From: Planctomycetota bacterium
GTDB taxonomy: Bacteria; Planctomycetota; GCA-002687715; DRQF01
Assembly (NCBI GenBank): GCA_020639295.1
Contig: JACKGY010000007.1
Coordinates: 39,760-103,759, forward strand
Direction: 5' to 3'
DNA: 64,000 bases
A program made the position numbers and the translations under genes. Shown in pieces: positions 1 to 8,862 of this stretch. The notes below the pieces were generated by a model. That model worked only from the letters and a program-made list of their open reading frames with translations, was not told the origin of the DNA and searched no databases. Each line of letters starts with the position of its first letter. Position 1 is the stretch's first letter.

Positions 1-3000
1 GATGTCGGCCATCTGGACCAGGTCGGCATCGTTGGCATCGTCGACCCCGACACCCAGATCGGAGGCCACTTCGACGAACTCCCAGACGTTGTCCATGTTG
101 GTGTCACCGACGCCCATGTAGAGCTTGTTGCCGGTGTCGGAGCCGACATAGAGGTCCAGGATGCCGTCGTTGTCGAGGTCGCCGAAGCAGACGTCGTGCG
201 CCGCCACGTCAGTGTCGATGCCGGCCAGGGCCGCCACCTCGGTGAAGCTCGAGCCGCCGTCGTTGCGCCAGAGCTGGTTGACCGAAGAGGCACCACCGCG
301 GGCGATGAAGACGTCGAAGTCGCCGTCGTTGTCGTAGTCGGCGAAGACGATGCCCCGGCCACCGGCGCTGTGATCGAAGGTGACGTTCGAGGTCGCACCG
401 GCGATGTCGGTGTAGGTGGCGCCGTCATCGCGGTAGAACAGACCCGGAGTGTTGTCACCGATGATCAGGTCGACATCGCCGTCGACGTCGAAGTCGGCCA
501 CGGCGCCGAGCCTGGAGGCGGCGACGCTGGCGTCCACGCCGGTGGAAGCATCCTGGAGGAAGCTGTTCGCCGGGATGCCCGCGCCCCGCTGGTTCGACAT
601 GAGGTAGTTGTTGTTCATGGTGGCGTCGAGGACGATGAAGTCCAGCCAGCCATCGTTGTCATGGTCGAGCCAGAAGGCCTGGGTGAGGGTGGTGACCGCG
701 ATGCCCGCGCCCTCCGCGACCGTATCATCGGTGAAGGTCATGGTGCCCAGACCGACGATGTCGTTGCGATAGAGCTTGGTGCCGGCGGTCGAGTCCACCG
801 TCAGGAGGTCCTTGTCGCCGTCGTTGTCGTAGTCACCCCAGACCGCGCAACGATCACCGGCGAAGACCACGCCCAGCGATCCGGTGACGTCGGTGTAGGT
901 TCCGGTCATCGAATCGTACTGGTACATGATGCCGGCGCCGGCCTGACCCACGAAGAGGTCCAGGTCACCGTCGTTGTCGAAGTCGGCGAAGGCGCCGCCA
1001 TCGGCCGCACCGGTGCTGCCGAGACCCGCGGCCACGGTGACGTCGCTGAAGGGCGCCGCCGGAGCGGTCGCGTCCTGCAGGATGTCCAGCGCAGCCATCG
1101 CGTAGTCGGCGGTGACCGAGCCGGAGGTGTTGCCGGCCGCGTCGCGGGCGACGACGGTCAGCGAGTTGGTGGTGCTCGCGGTCAGCGTGACGGTGACCGC
1201 GAAGTGACCGCCCGCGTCGCTGGCCGCGGTGGCCTGAGCCGCGCCACCGGTGATCACGACGTCGGTGTTGGCGTCGTTGGTACCGGTGAGCACCTGGCTC
1301 GCGGCCGCCCAGGGCGAAGTCACCGGGTCGACGACCGGGCTGGCCGGCGCGGTGACGTCCTTGGTGGCCGAGCTGCCCGCGAAGGGGCCGCTCGTGTTGC
1401 CGGCGCCATCGACCATGTCGACGCTGACCGTGATCGTGGTCTCGCCGAGAGTCGAGGAGTTGATGCCGGTGACGGTGACGGTGCCACCGCCGGCCGGAGC
1501 GTTGATCTGACCGGTCACCGAGGCCGAGCCGTCATCCAGCGTCACCGTCGCGACGTCGTCCGCGTTGGAACCGACCGGGAAGGTCAGCTCCACGGAGACG
1601 GCCGTCTCGCTGGCGGCGTTGATGTAGTGGTCGGCGTTGTTCATGGTGGCCACGACCTTGGCCGCGGTCGGCTGGGCCGGTGCGGCCACGTCCTTGGTCG
1701 CGGTCAGGAGCGTCGCCTGGCTCGAATTGCCGTGGCCATCCGTGATGGTGACGGTGACGGTCACCGAGCCATCGGCGAGGCCGGAGCAATCGAGACCCGA
1801 GAAGCTCATCGAGCCGCCACCCATCGACACCGCCTGCGGGCCGTCGGTGACGTCGGGATTGCTGCCGTCGCTCAGGGTGACGGACGCCATCTCGCTGCCG
1901 TCGGCCGTCGCCGGGATGGTGACGTCCACCTGCACCGAGCTGGCGTTCGCGGAGCTGATCCGGTTGACCAGGTTGCCCGGGGCGGCCGGGATCGACGCCG
2001 CGGAAGCGGTGACGATCGTGGTGTCCTTGGTCGCGACCGTGCCCGCGGTCAGCGTCGTGTTGTCGCTGGGATCGCGGAGCTCGACCGTGACGGTGACGTT
2101 GCCGTCGGCGAACGCGCTGCAATCGGCCGGGCCGAAGGTCAAGACACCGACACCGTCCGTGGCGTGGCGCCAGGGAGAGGTCACGGTCGTGGAACCATCG
2201 CTCAGCCGCACGCGAACCTGCTCGTCACCGACACTCGACGCGCCCAGGGCGACGTCGACCGAGACCGCCGTGACGCTCGACGAATTGATCTCGTCGGTGC
2301 CGTTCTGGGCACCCGCGACCACGTTCGCCGAGACCGCGGCCGCCGGCGCCGTGGCGTCCTTGAACTGGCTGCCGCCGGCGAAGGTCACGGAGTTGCCGGC
2401 CGGATCGGTGATCGTGCCGGTGATCGTGATCGTGCCGTCGGCGAGGCCGCTCAGGTCGTAGACGCCGAAGCGCCAGGCGCTGGCCATCGGATCGTAGGCG
2501 ACCAGGGCGGGCGTCACCGTCAGCGAGCCGTCGGAGAAGCTGAGCCGGGCCTGGTCACCCTCGCCCTGTCCCGACTCGTAGGCGGCGACCATGATGACGC
2601 CGGTGACGTAGTCGGCGTTGATGACCGACTGCGTGACGCCATGCGGGTCGACCATGGTCAAGGTACCGATCGATTCGGGTGCGACCGAGTCCTTGGCGCC
2701 GAGCGGGAAGCTCTGCTCGTTGCGGTTTCCGGCCGGATCGACGATGGCGACCGTCATGCTGAGGCTGCCGTCGGCGAAGGCCGAGAGATCGAGCGAGCTG
2801 AAGTTCACGACCGTACCGGTGGTGTTGGGCGTGAAGCTGCCGAGCGCGAGGCTCGCGCCGCCGGCACCGACCAGCGTGCAGGTGACCTGCTCGCTGCCGT
2901 CGAACTGCGTCGAGTAGCTCAGGTCGATGTCGGTGGCCGAGAAGGTGCTGCCGTTGACCCAGCCCATGGGCGCGCTGCCCTGAGCCGGAATCACGACCGA

Positions 3001-5793
3001 GTCGACCATCGCCGGCGCGGTGGCGTCCTTGGTGGCCGGCGTACCGGCCGTCAGGGCGCTGTTGCCGCTTGCGACCTCATAGGAACGAGCCAGCAGGCTG
3101 ATCGAACCATCGGCGAGGCCGCTGGCGTCCATCGAGAAGGTGATGACGCCACCGCCCGCCGGCACGGCCTGCGCGGTCGAGGTGAGGCTGGCCGAGCCGT
3201 CGGAGAGCGTGACCTCGAGTCGCTCGCTTCCGTCGGCGGTGGCCGGCATGGTGACCTGGATCTGCACCGAGCTCACGTTGTAGCCGTTGATCACGTCGGC
3301 GGCGTTGTCGTTGCCGGCGGCCACCGCGGCGGCGGTCGGCTGGACGACGTTCAGATCCTTCAGGATCTTGGCGCCCGCGTTCGAGGTCACGTTGCCGGCA
3401 CGATCGTTGAGCTGGACGGTCAGGGAGACCTGGCCCTCCGAGAGCACCGAGGTGTCGACGACGTGGGTCGAGCTGCCCCTGGTGGCCAGAGTCGGTTCCG
3501 AGGCGACGTAGTTGACGCCGTCGGTGAACACGACCATGACCAGATCCGCGGGATCGACCGAGTTCGGCAGACTGACCGTCACCAGGGTCGCGGTGACGTT
3601 CTCGGAGTTGATCACGTTCATCGGGTTGTGGGCACCGGCGGCCACGAAGGCCGAGCCGCTGACCGGCGCGGTCACGTCCTTGGTCGCGGTGGCCAGGAGC
3701 TGGTAGTCCTGGTTGCCGGCCGCGTCGACGACGCGGACGTAGACGTTGACCGTGCCCTCCGCGAGTGCCGTCGCATTCAGACCGGTGAAGGACAGGGTCG
3801 CGTTCGGCGCCCCGTTCTGGTAGGCCGAAGCGACGCTCGCCGAGCCGTCCTGGATGATGACCTGATAGCGATCGGCGCTGGTCGAGGCAGCGGACAGGCT
3901 CAGATCGACCCGGACGTTCGACTCGCTGGCGATGTTGATGAAGTCGGCCGGGTTGCTGCTCGTGTGGGCGACGCGAGCGGAGGCCGGCAGGACCGCCACG
4001 GTATCCTTGGTCGCCGGGCGGCCGGTCGCGTAGCGGGTGTTGCCGACCGGGTCGGTGATCACGAGCGAGAAGCTGATCGGGCCGTCGGCGAAGGCGGACA
4101 GATCGAGGAAGCTCGTGATCTGGTTGCTGGCGGACGCGGGCTGCGTGAAGTTGCTGACGAAGTCGCTCACGCCGTCGCTGACGGTGAGCTCGCAGGCGAG
4201 GTCGTCGGCGTCGGTCGGGAGCACGAAGCGTAGCTCGACGTTGCTCTGGTTGGCCGAGTTGACGGTGTCGGCAGGGCCGGAACCCGTCACCGGGATGCCG
4301 AAGGCCGCGACGGCGCCAGGACCAGTCTGATCACAGATGCCGGGCGTACCAGTGGAGAGGACCACGTTTCCACTGGCGTCGGAGATCCTGATGAACAGCA
4401 GGTAGCCGCCATCCGCGAGCGCCGAGGTATCGATCGGGCCGAGGGTCATGTGATCCTGGCCCTGCTCGGTGTCGACCGGGGTGCTCGTGACCTGGAGACC
4501 GTTGTCATCCTGGAAGATGGCCGAGATCTGTTCGCCACGGCCATCCTGGAACACGGTGGAGATGACATCGACGTAGACCTTGCCGCCGTTGCCGACGTTG
4601 ATCACGTTCTGGGCGTTCAGGTCGCCAGCGGCGACCCAGGCGCCCTCGATGCCGGTCGGCTGCGCGACCTTCATGGCGGTGTGGCTGGAGTCGACGACCG
4701 TGTTGCCACCGAGGTCGGTGATGGTGACCTCGAGCGTGAGGCTGCCATCGAACAAGGCCTCGAGGTTCAGGCCGCCGAAGTACAGGCTGCCACCTCCGAC
4801 CGGAGCCGGCTGGCTCGCCCCGAGGACGCGGCCACCGTTGCTGTCGATGACGGCGAGGCCGACCTGGTCACCGGTGACCGCGGTGGAATCGACCGCGACC
4901 TGGACGGTGGCATCGGCATGGTTCGCGCTGGTGACCGTGTTGGCGGGCTGACCGGGATCGGTTTCGACGCGAACCAGGAGGATCGCGGGAACGGCGGTGT
5001 CCTTGCCGACCAGGATCTGGAAGCTGGTGACGTTGGCGGCCGGATCGACGATCTCCGCGTCGACGGTCAGATTGCCGTCCATGAGCGCGCTCAGATCGAC
5101 GCCGCTGACGGTGACCGTCCCCGAGGGCTGGACGTTCGCGGCCGGCGAGGTGACCAGCACCGTGCCGTCGTTGGCCAGGATGCTGACGAGATCCTGGGCC
5201 GAGGCCGAGGAATCGAAGCTCACCGCGAAGTCCGCGGCGGCGACGTTCGACAGGTTGACCGTGTTGGCGGCGTTGCCCGCACCCGCGACCAGCTCGAAGG
5301 CCGTCGGCAGGGCCGGCGGGACGGTGTCCTTGAACAGGACGTCGCCGTAGCTGGTGTCGAGCGAGCCGGAGGAGTTCGACATGGTGACGATCAGCTCGAT
5401 CGGGCCGTCGGCGAGGATGCTCGCATCGATCGGACCGACGGTGATCGTGGAGCCGGCCACCGCGGGAGCGCTGGCCTCGGCTTCCGTCACGCCGTCGCTC
5501 AGGCGTACGGTGACCAGGTCACCGGGCTTGACCGACGAATCGAGGGTTACCTCGACCTCGACGGACGTCGCCGTGGCGGCATTGATCACGTTCTCGGGGT
5601 TGCGTGTAACGACCTCGCCGATCCCCGCACCAACCGGCGCGGAGAGGGTCGAGCCGCCGCTCGAACCGCCGGACCCGCCGCAAGCGGCGAGAACGGACAA
5701 GGTGACGATCGCGAGCAGCGCGACGACGAGCGATGTGCCCGTCCGCCTGCCGCGGTTGGCAGAAATGCCAGGGTAGCTGGTGTGGTCCTTCAT
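1..5793 (-). CDS. Giant surface lipoprotein, partial (C-terminus beyond window start). It has a lipoprotein signal peptide, a Gly/Ser linker, about 12-14 tandem ~100-aa Ig-like domains and a C-terminal FG-GAP/VCBS beta-propeller region.
   Basis: The ATG at 5793 is preceded by GAGGAAGG. The translation starts MKDHTSYPGISANRGRRTGTSLVVALLAIVTLSVLAACGGSGGSSGG, which carries an LAAC lipobox. The frame stays open to position 1, and the track lists no minus-strand ORF in this frame, taken to mean it is unbroken to the edge. Domain boundaries recur as ..TKD(T/V/A)xAP.. The 3' end near the window start encodes DxDxDG-type FG-GAP/VCBS motifs (FADYDNDGDFDVF, FGDLDNDGILDLYVG). The track ORF 196..4233 (+) is the antisense frame, with G/D/R/V-rich junk translation. 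Confidence 0.8.
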   Translation of the reverse strand, partial: MKDHTSYPGISANRGRRTGTSLVVALLAIVTLSVLAACGGSGGSSGGSTLSAPVGAGIGEVVTRNPENVINAATATSVEVEVTLDSSVKPGDLVTVRLSDGVTEAEASAPAVAGSTITVGPIDASILADGPIELIVTMSNSSGSLDTSYGDVLFKDTVPPALPTAFELVAGAGNAANTVNLSNVAAADFAVSFDSSASAQDLVSILANDGTVLVTSPAANVQPSGTVTVSGVDLSALMDGNLTVDAEIVDPAANVTSFQILVGKDTAVPAILLVRVETDPGQPANTVTSANHADATVQVAVDSTAVTGDQVGLAVIDSNGGRVLGASQPAPVGGGSLYFGGLNLEALFDGSLTLEVTITDLGGNTVVDSSHTAMKVAQPTGIEGAWVAAGDLNAQNVINVGNGGKVYVDVISTVFQDGRGEQISAIFQDDNGLQVTSTPVDTEQGQDHMTLGPIDTSALADGGYLLFIRISDASGNVVLSTGTPGICDQTGPGAVAAFGIPVTGSGPADTVNSANQSNVELRFVLPTDADDLACELTVSDGVSDFVSNFTQPASASNQITSFLDLSAFADGPISFSLVITDPVGNTRYATGRPATKDTVAVLPASARVAHTSSNPADFINIASESNVRVDLSLSAASTSADRYQVIIQDGSASVASAYQNGAPNATLSFTGLNATALAEGTVNVYVRVVDAAGNQDYQLLATATKDVTAPVSGSAFVAAGAHNPMNVINSENVTATLVTVSLPNSVDPADLVMVVFTDGVNYVASEPTLATRGSSTHVVDTSVLSEGQVSLTVQLNDRAGNVTSNAGAKILKDLNVVQPTAAAVAAGNDNAADVINGYNVSSVQIQVTMPATADGSERLEVTLSDGSASLTSTAQAVPAGGGVITFSMDASGLADGSISLLARSYEVASGNSALTAGTPATKDATAPAMVDSVVIPAQGSAPMGWVNGSTFSATDIDLSYSTQFDGSEQVTCTLVGAGGASLALGSFTPNTTGTVVNFSSLDLSAFADGSLSMTVAIVDPAGNRNEQSFPLGAKDSVAPESIGTLTMVDPHGVTQSVINADYVTGVIMVAAYESGQGEGDQARLSFSDGSLTVTPALVAYDPMASAWRFGVYDLSGLADGTITITGTITDPAGNSVTFAGGSQFKDATAPAAAVSANVVAGAQNGTDEINSSSVTAVSVDVALGASSVGDEQVRVRLSDGSTTVTSPWRHATDGVGVLTFGPADCSAFADGNVTVTVELRDPSDNTTLTAGTVATKDTTIVTASAASIPAAPGNLVNRISSANASSVQVDVTIPATADGSEMASVTLSDGSNPDVTDGPQAVSMGGGSMSFSGLDCSGLADGSVTVTVTITDGHGNSSQATLLTATKDVAAPAQPTAAKVVATMNNADHYINAASETAVSVELTFPVGSNADDVATVTLDDGSASVTGQINAPAGGGTVTVTGINSSTLGETTITVSVDMVDGAGNTSGPFAGSSATKDVTAPASPVVDPVTSPWAAASQVLTGTNDANTDVVITGGAAQATAASDAGGHFAVTVTLTASTTNSLTVVARDAAGNTSGSVTADYAMAALDILQDATAPAAPFSDVTVAAGLGSTGAADGGAFADFDNDGDLDLFVGQAGAGIMYQYDSMTGTYTDVTGSLGVVFAGDRCAVWGDYDNDGDKDLLTVDSTAGTKLYRNDIVGLGTMTFTDDTVAEGAGIAVTTLTQAFWLDHDNDGWLDFIVLDATMNNNYLMSNQRGAGIPANSFLQDASTGVDASVAASRLGAVADFDVDGDVDLIIGDNTPGLFYRDDGATYTDIAGATSNVTFDHSAGGRGIVFADYDNDGDFDVFIARGGASSVNQLWRNDGGSSFTEVAALAGIDTDVAAHDVCFGDLDNDGILDLYVGSDTGNKLYMGVGDTNMDNVWEFVEVASDLGVGVDDANDADLVQMADI
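1070..5650. repeat. Intragenic tandem array of diverged ~300-bp units, each encoding one Ig-like domain of the giant lipoprotein.
   Basis: The translated repeat boundary ..ATKD(T/V)TAP.. recurs roughly every 100 aa in the minus-strand reading. Unit coordinates are approximate, and the DNA-level units are diverged. Confidence 0.5.
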
Positions 5794-6065
5794 TACCCTT
5801 CCTCGGTTGCAGCCTCTAACAGGTAGCGCGTGACGTCTCCGCGGCGATCTTCCGGGTGGTCCTCCTCTTTGCGGGACCGCCCTCGCCAACGCCGCGCGGA
5901 ATGCCATCGTCAGCACGGCTGATCGGTAAATCCCCGAGGCTCTCTTGAGGGCTCCCTCGACCTCCGGCGGATTGTTGTGGTATGGAGGTCGGGGCTCGGA
6001 CCCGGTAGCCCCGTGCCGGGCCGCCACGGTGACTGGAAAGCAAATTGAGGAAAGGACTTGTGACC

Positions 6066-6098
6066 TCTTGACCAAGGCTTCGCCAAACTGGGTCAAGA
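6066..6098. promoter_or_regulatory. Perfect 8-bp inverted repeat TCTTGACC-N17-GGTCAAGA, inside the low-GC intergenic island.
   Basis: Read directly from the sequence. It could be a dimeric transcription-factor operator or an RNA hairpin. A second hairpin, GAAATGT-N15-ACATTTC, follows at about 6109..6137. Confidence 0.3.
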
Positions 6099-6323
6099 TT
6101 CATGCGACGAAATGTTTTTTGCTTCGCAGCACATTTCAGCCACGAAGTGGGAGGTCCCGGTCGTCGGCCCCGAGAATTCCGAAAGCCGGGATGCAGGAGC
6201 TTCGGGTTTTCTATCATTCCCTGGTGCCGGATGACCCCTCTCGGGGCCGGCATCACGAGTCCGATGTACCCTTGCCAATGACCATGAGGGGTCTCGTCTC
6301 CCCCCCAGGACGACGACCCGCGA

Positions 6324-6361
6324 ACGGGGTGGCTCCTCGCCGGAGCCACCCCGTCTTTTTT
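6324..6361 (+). terminator. Rho-independent terminator, plus-strand orientation.
   Basis: The stem is ACGGGGTGGCTCC / GGAGCCACCCCGT (13 bp) with loop TCGCC, followed by CTTTTTT. No U-run follows the hairpin in the minus-strand reading, so it is unidirectional. No plus-strand protein gene lies upstream of it. Confidence 0.7.
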
Positions 6362-6466
6362 CCTCCTCATGGCGCCCCTGACGGCCGCTCCTCGACCGGT
6401 GTATGCTGTCGGATCCCCTCCGCCGGAGGGGCCCGACCCAACCCGAGACCCGAGGAGTTAGAGCCA

Positions 6467-7011
6467 TGGAAGCCGCCTTCGACCCGGTCAGCGAGCACGA
6501 GGAGAACTACCTCGAGATGGTGCTCGACCGCGGGCGCCGCCGCGGGCTGGAGGAGAGTGGAACGCTGACCGCCCCGCTCGCCGATCTCAGCCTTCGCCCG
6601 GCGATCACGATACCGCCCGAGACCAGCCTGCGCGGCGCGGTCCGGCGGATGAAGGAGGCCGGCATCGGCTCGGTCCTGATCGAGGACGGAGGCCGTCTCA
6701 CCGGCATCTTCACCGAGCGCGACCTGCTGATGCGCGTCGTGGACGAGGGTCTCGACCTGGACCGGACTCCCGTGGCCGAGGTGATGAGCCGGGAACCGCA
6801 GACCCTGCGCCTGAGCGACGCCGTCTCCTTCGCGATCAACATGATGAGCGAAGGCGGGCTGAGACACGTGCCGGTCACCGACCAGGGCGGCCGGCCGCGC
6901 CACGTGGTTTCGGTGCGCGACCTCGCCCGCTGGCTGGCCGACTGCCACCCGGAGCGTGTTCGCAACCTCCCACCCGAACCGGGTTTCGCCTCGTCACGGC
7001 ACGGCGGCTGA
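6467..7011 (+). CDS. CBS domain pair protein.
   Basis: The motif ..SVLIEDGGRLTGIFTERDLL.. followed by ..GLRHVPVTDQGGRPRHVVSVRDLARWL.. is a tandem CBS pair. The ATG at 6467 has a GAGGAG Shine-Dalgarno 8 nt upstream. The longer track ORF starting at 6403 lacks a Shine-Dalgarno sequence. Confidence 0.8.
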
Positions 7012-7020
7012 GGGTCGAGT

Positions 7021-7758
7021 TCAGCGCCGCGAGCGCCAGAGCGAGCCGAGGGCCAGCAGCAGGGCGGCCTCGACCCGGAGGACCCGCGGCCCCAGGGTCA
7101 CGGCCTCGAAGCCCCGCTGGGCGAGCAGATCGATCTCGAAGGGGATGAAGCCGCCCTCCGGTCCGATCGCCAGCATGAAGCGCTCGGTCGCGGCGAGGCT
7201 CACCTGGTCGAGAGAAAGAGTGCCCCCCGGCTGGGCGACGAAACGGCGGGCCGGGGCCAGGTCGTCGAGCCGGTCCTCGACGAAGGGCCTGAAGAGCGGT
7301 TCGATCAGGATCTCAGGAACCCGGGTCGCGACCCCCTGCTCCAGGCCCTCCAGCAGGAGCTCACGACGCCGCCCCGGCGCCAGGATCTCGGCATCGAAGT
7401 AGCTCTTCTCCACCTTCCAGCTCCGGCAGATCACGATCCGGCCGGCTCCCATCGCCGCCAGGTCGCGGATCAATCGGGCCAGCACCTTCGGCCGCGGCAA
7501 GGCGAGGAGGACGTCGAAGACCGGGTCGGGATCGAGGCTGGGAAGTCCGGGATCGAGCTGGTGGCGGAGCCGGATGGTGGCATCCTGGCCAACCGACTCG
7601 ATCCGGGCGAGTCCGGTGGGTCCGTCGGGCAATCCGATCCGCAACGAGTCACCGGGGCCGAGCCCCAGGACCTCCAGGACGTGACGGGCCCGCGCGGCGC
7701 GCAGCAGGGCCTCGCCCGGGGCGATCAGCTCGTGATCACGAAGGAGCAGCAGGTTCAT
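7021..7758 (-). CDS. rsmE: 16S rRNA (uracil1498-N3)-methyltransferase RsmE.
   Basis: The C-terminal ..ERFMLAIGPEGGFIPFEIDLL..GF..VTLGPRVLRVE.. matches the RsmE (SPOUT) family. The length is 245 aa. Confidence 0.85.
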   Translation of the reverse strand: MNLLLLRDHELIAPGEALLRAARARHVLEVLGLGPGDSLRIGLPDGPTGLARIESVGQDATIRLRHQLDPGLPSLDPDPVFDVLLALPRPKVLARLIRDLAAMGAGRIVICRSWKVEKSYFDAEILAPGRRRELLLEGLEQGVATRVPEILIEPLFRPFVEDRLDDLAPARRFVAQPGGTLSLDQVSLAATERFMLAIGPEGGFIPFEIDLLAQRGFEAVTLGPRVLRVEAALLLALGSLWRSRR

Positions 7759-7785
7759 CGCCGGACGCCGGGCCGGGGGGCCCGT

Positions 7786-8619
7786 TCAGTCGGCCCGCTG
7801 GCCGGTCGGCTCGTAGTCCTCGTCGCGACCGGAGAGGTGACCGGCGGCGCCATGGTTGTTGTTCGCGCCACTGACCGGGATCAGCTCGGCGCTCCAGCCC
7901 TCGTAGCGACCACCGGCACCGGAGGCGAGGTCGAGCCAGCGCGGGCGGAACTCGTCGAGCACGGCGAGACCGAGCGGGCTCATGGCCGAGGCGATGACCT
8001 GCCATTCGCCGCTGCCGTTGACCTGGAGGGCGCCGATCTCCTTGATCGCGAAACCCTCGCCCTCGAGGGCCTGGGCCAGCTTGCGAGCCGAGGGTTCGTC
8101 ACCGAGGACGAAACGGGGTTCGATGCTGTGGACCTCGGAACAGTCGTCGCCACGGCGCTCGAACTCGCGCAGGATGTTGCGGTCGAGGATCTGGTGGCGG
8201 AGGTTCTCGTCGGGATAGAGGAACTCGCGGTACTCGACCCAGTCCGGGTCTTCCTCGCAGAGCACCTTGGTGGCGTGGGTCTGGATCGAGTCGAGGGCCT
8301 TGATCACCGGGTGCTCGCCCTCGGGCCGGTCCATCATGTAGAAGACCAGGGTCCGGGCCTTGCGGTGGGTGACCACCGCGACGAGGCGATTCCGATCGCC
8401 ATCGAGAGCGCTCAGGATCTCGTGCTGGACGGCCACGAGGAGGGCCTCCTCCTCGGCGGTGCAGAGGCCATCCTCGGTGGGATGGTTGAGCTCCAGCCGG
8501 ACATGGGCGCGGAAGGGTAGTTCGGGGTGACCGACGGTCTCGGCCTGGGCCATGTCGACGCCGACCTCGAAGGGCCAACCGTCGAGACTCGCCATGTAGT
8601 AGTCCAGGTTCGGTCGCAT
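7786..8619 (-). CDS. DUF695 / RraB-like domain protein (putative regulator of ribonuclease activity).
   Basis: The C-terminal ..SEVHSIEPRFVLGDEPSARKLAQALEGEGFAIKEIG..WQV..GGRYEGW.. resembles the RraB/YjgD fold, and the N-terminus resembles DUF695. A GAGGGA Shine-Dalgarno sequence precedes the ATG. The amino-acid composition is diverse and protein-like. Confidence 0.6.
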   Translation of the reverse strand: MRPNLDYYMASLDGWPFEVGVDMAQAETVGHPELPFRAHVRLELNHPTEDGLCTAEEEALLVAVQHEILSALDGDRNRLVAVVTHRKARTLVFYMMDRPEGEHPVIKALDSIQTHATKVLCEEDPDWVEYREFLYPDENLRHQILDRNILREFERRGDDCSEVHSIEPRFVLGDEPSARKLAQALEGEGFAIKEIGALQVNGSGEWQVIASAMSPLGLAVLDEFRPRWLDLASGAGGRYEGWSAELIPVSGANNNHGAAGHLSGRDEDYEPTGQRAD

Positions 8620-8862
8620 GATCCCTCAAACTCGTCTGCTCGGAGACACGCCGCTGGCGCTCGGTACCGGCCTGCCGCCGCTCCATCGTCGCTCAGGCTC
8701 ACCTGATAAGAATTCGGGAGCGAGAACCCAAGAGCCGCCGCCGGTCGGCCCCGGGGCCCGGGTCCCAGGGGATTCGATCGGAGCGGGCCCTGATCCCGGC
8801 CTCCGGTTGATCGGCCGCCTCCCGCTGCTCAGAATCCGGTCGACATCTTCCCTGGAGCCCGC

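Noticed and set aside
196-4233. 1345-aa plus-strand ORF (the longest listed in the track for this region).
   Set aside because: Its translation is G/D/R/V/A-rich low-complexity junk typical of the antisense frame of a high-GC gene. The minus strand of the same DNA encodes a coherent lipoprotein with Ig-like and FG-GAP domains and is open from 5793 to position 1.
5794-6466. Tested whether the low-GC island is tmRNA, RNase P RNA, SRP RNA or 6S RNA.
   Set aside because: I found no tRNA-like acceptor/T-arm (GGTTCGAnTCC...CCA), no tag-peptide reading frame, no RNase P P4 consensus (GAGGAAAGUCCGGGC / ACAGAACCCGGCUUA) and no SRP domain-IV motif, so none of these is called. A novel sRNA or riboswitch remains possible (see findings).
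5945-6568. 207-aa plus-strand ORF and overlapping minus ORFs (5816..6370, 6093..6467) across the intergenic island.
   Set aside because: The translations are not protein-like (Arg/Pro/Ser/Gly runs) and run straight through a strong terminator hairpin. The region is better explained as non-coding.
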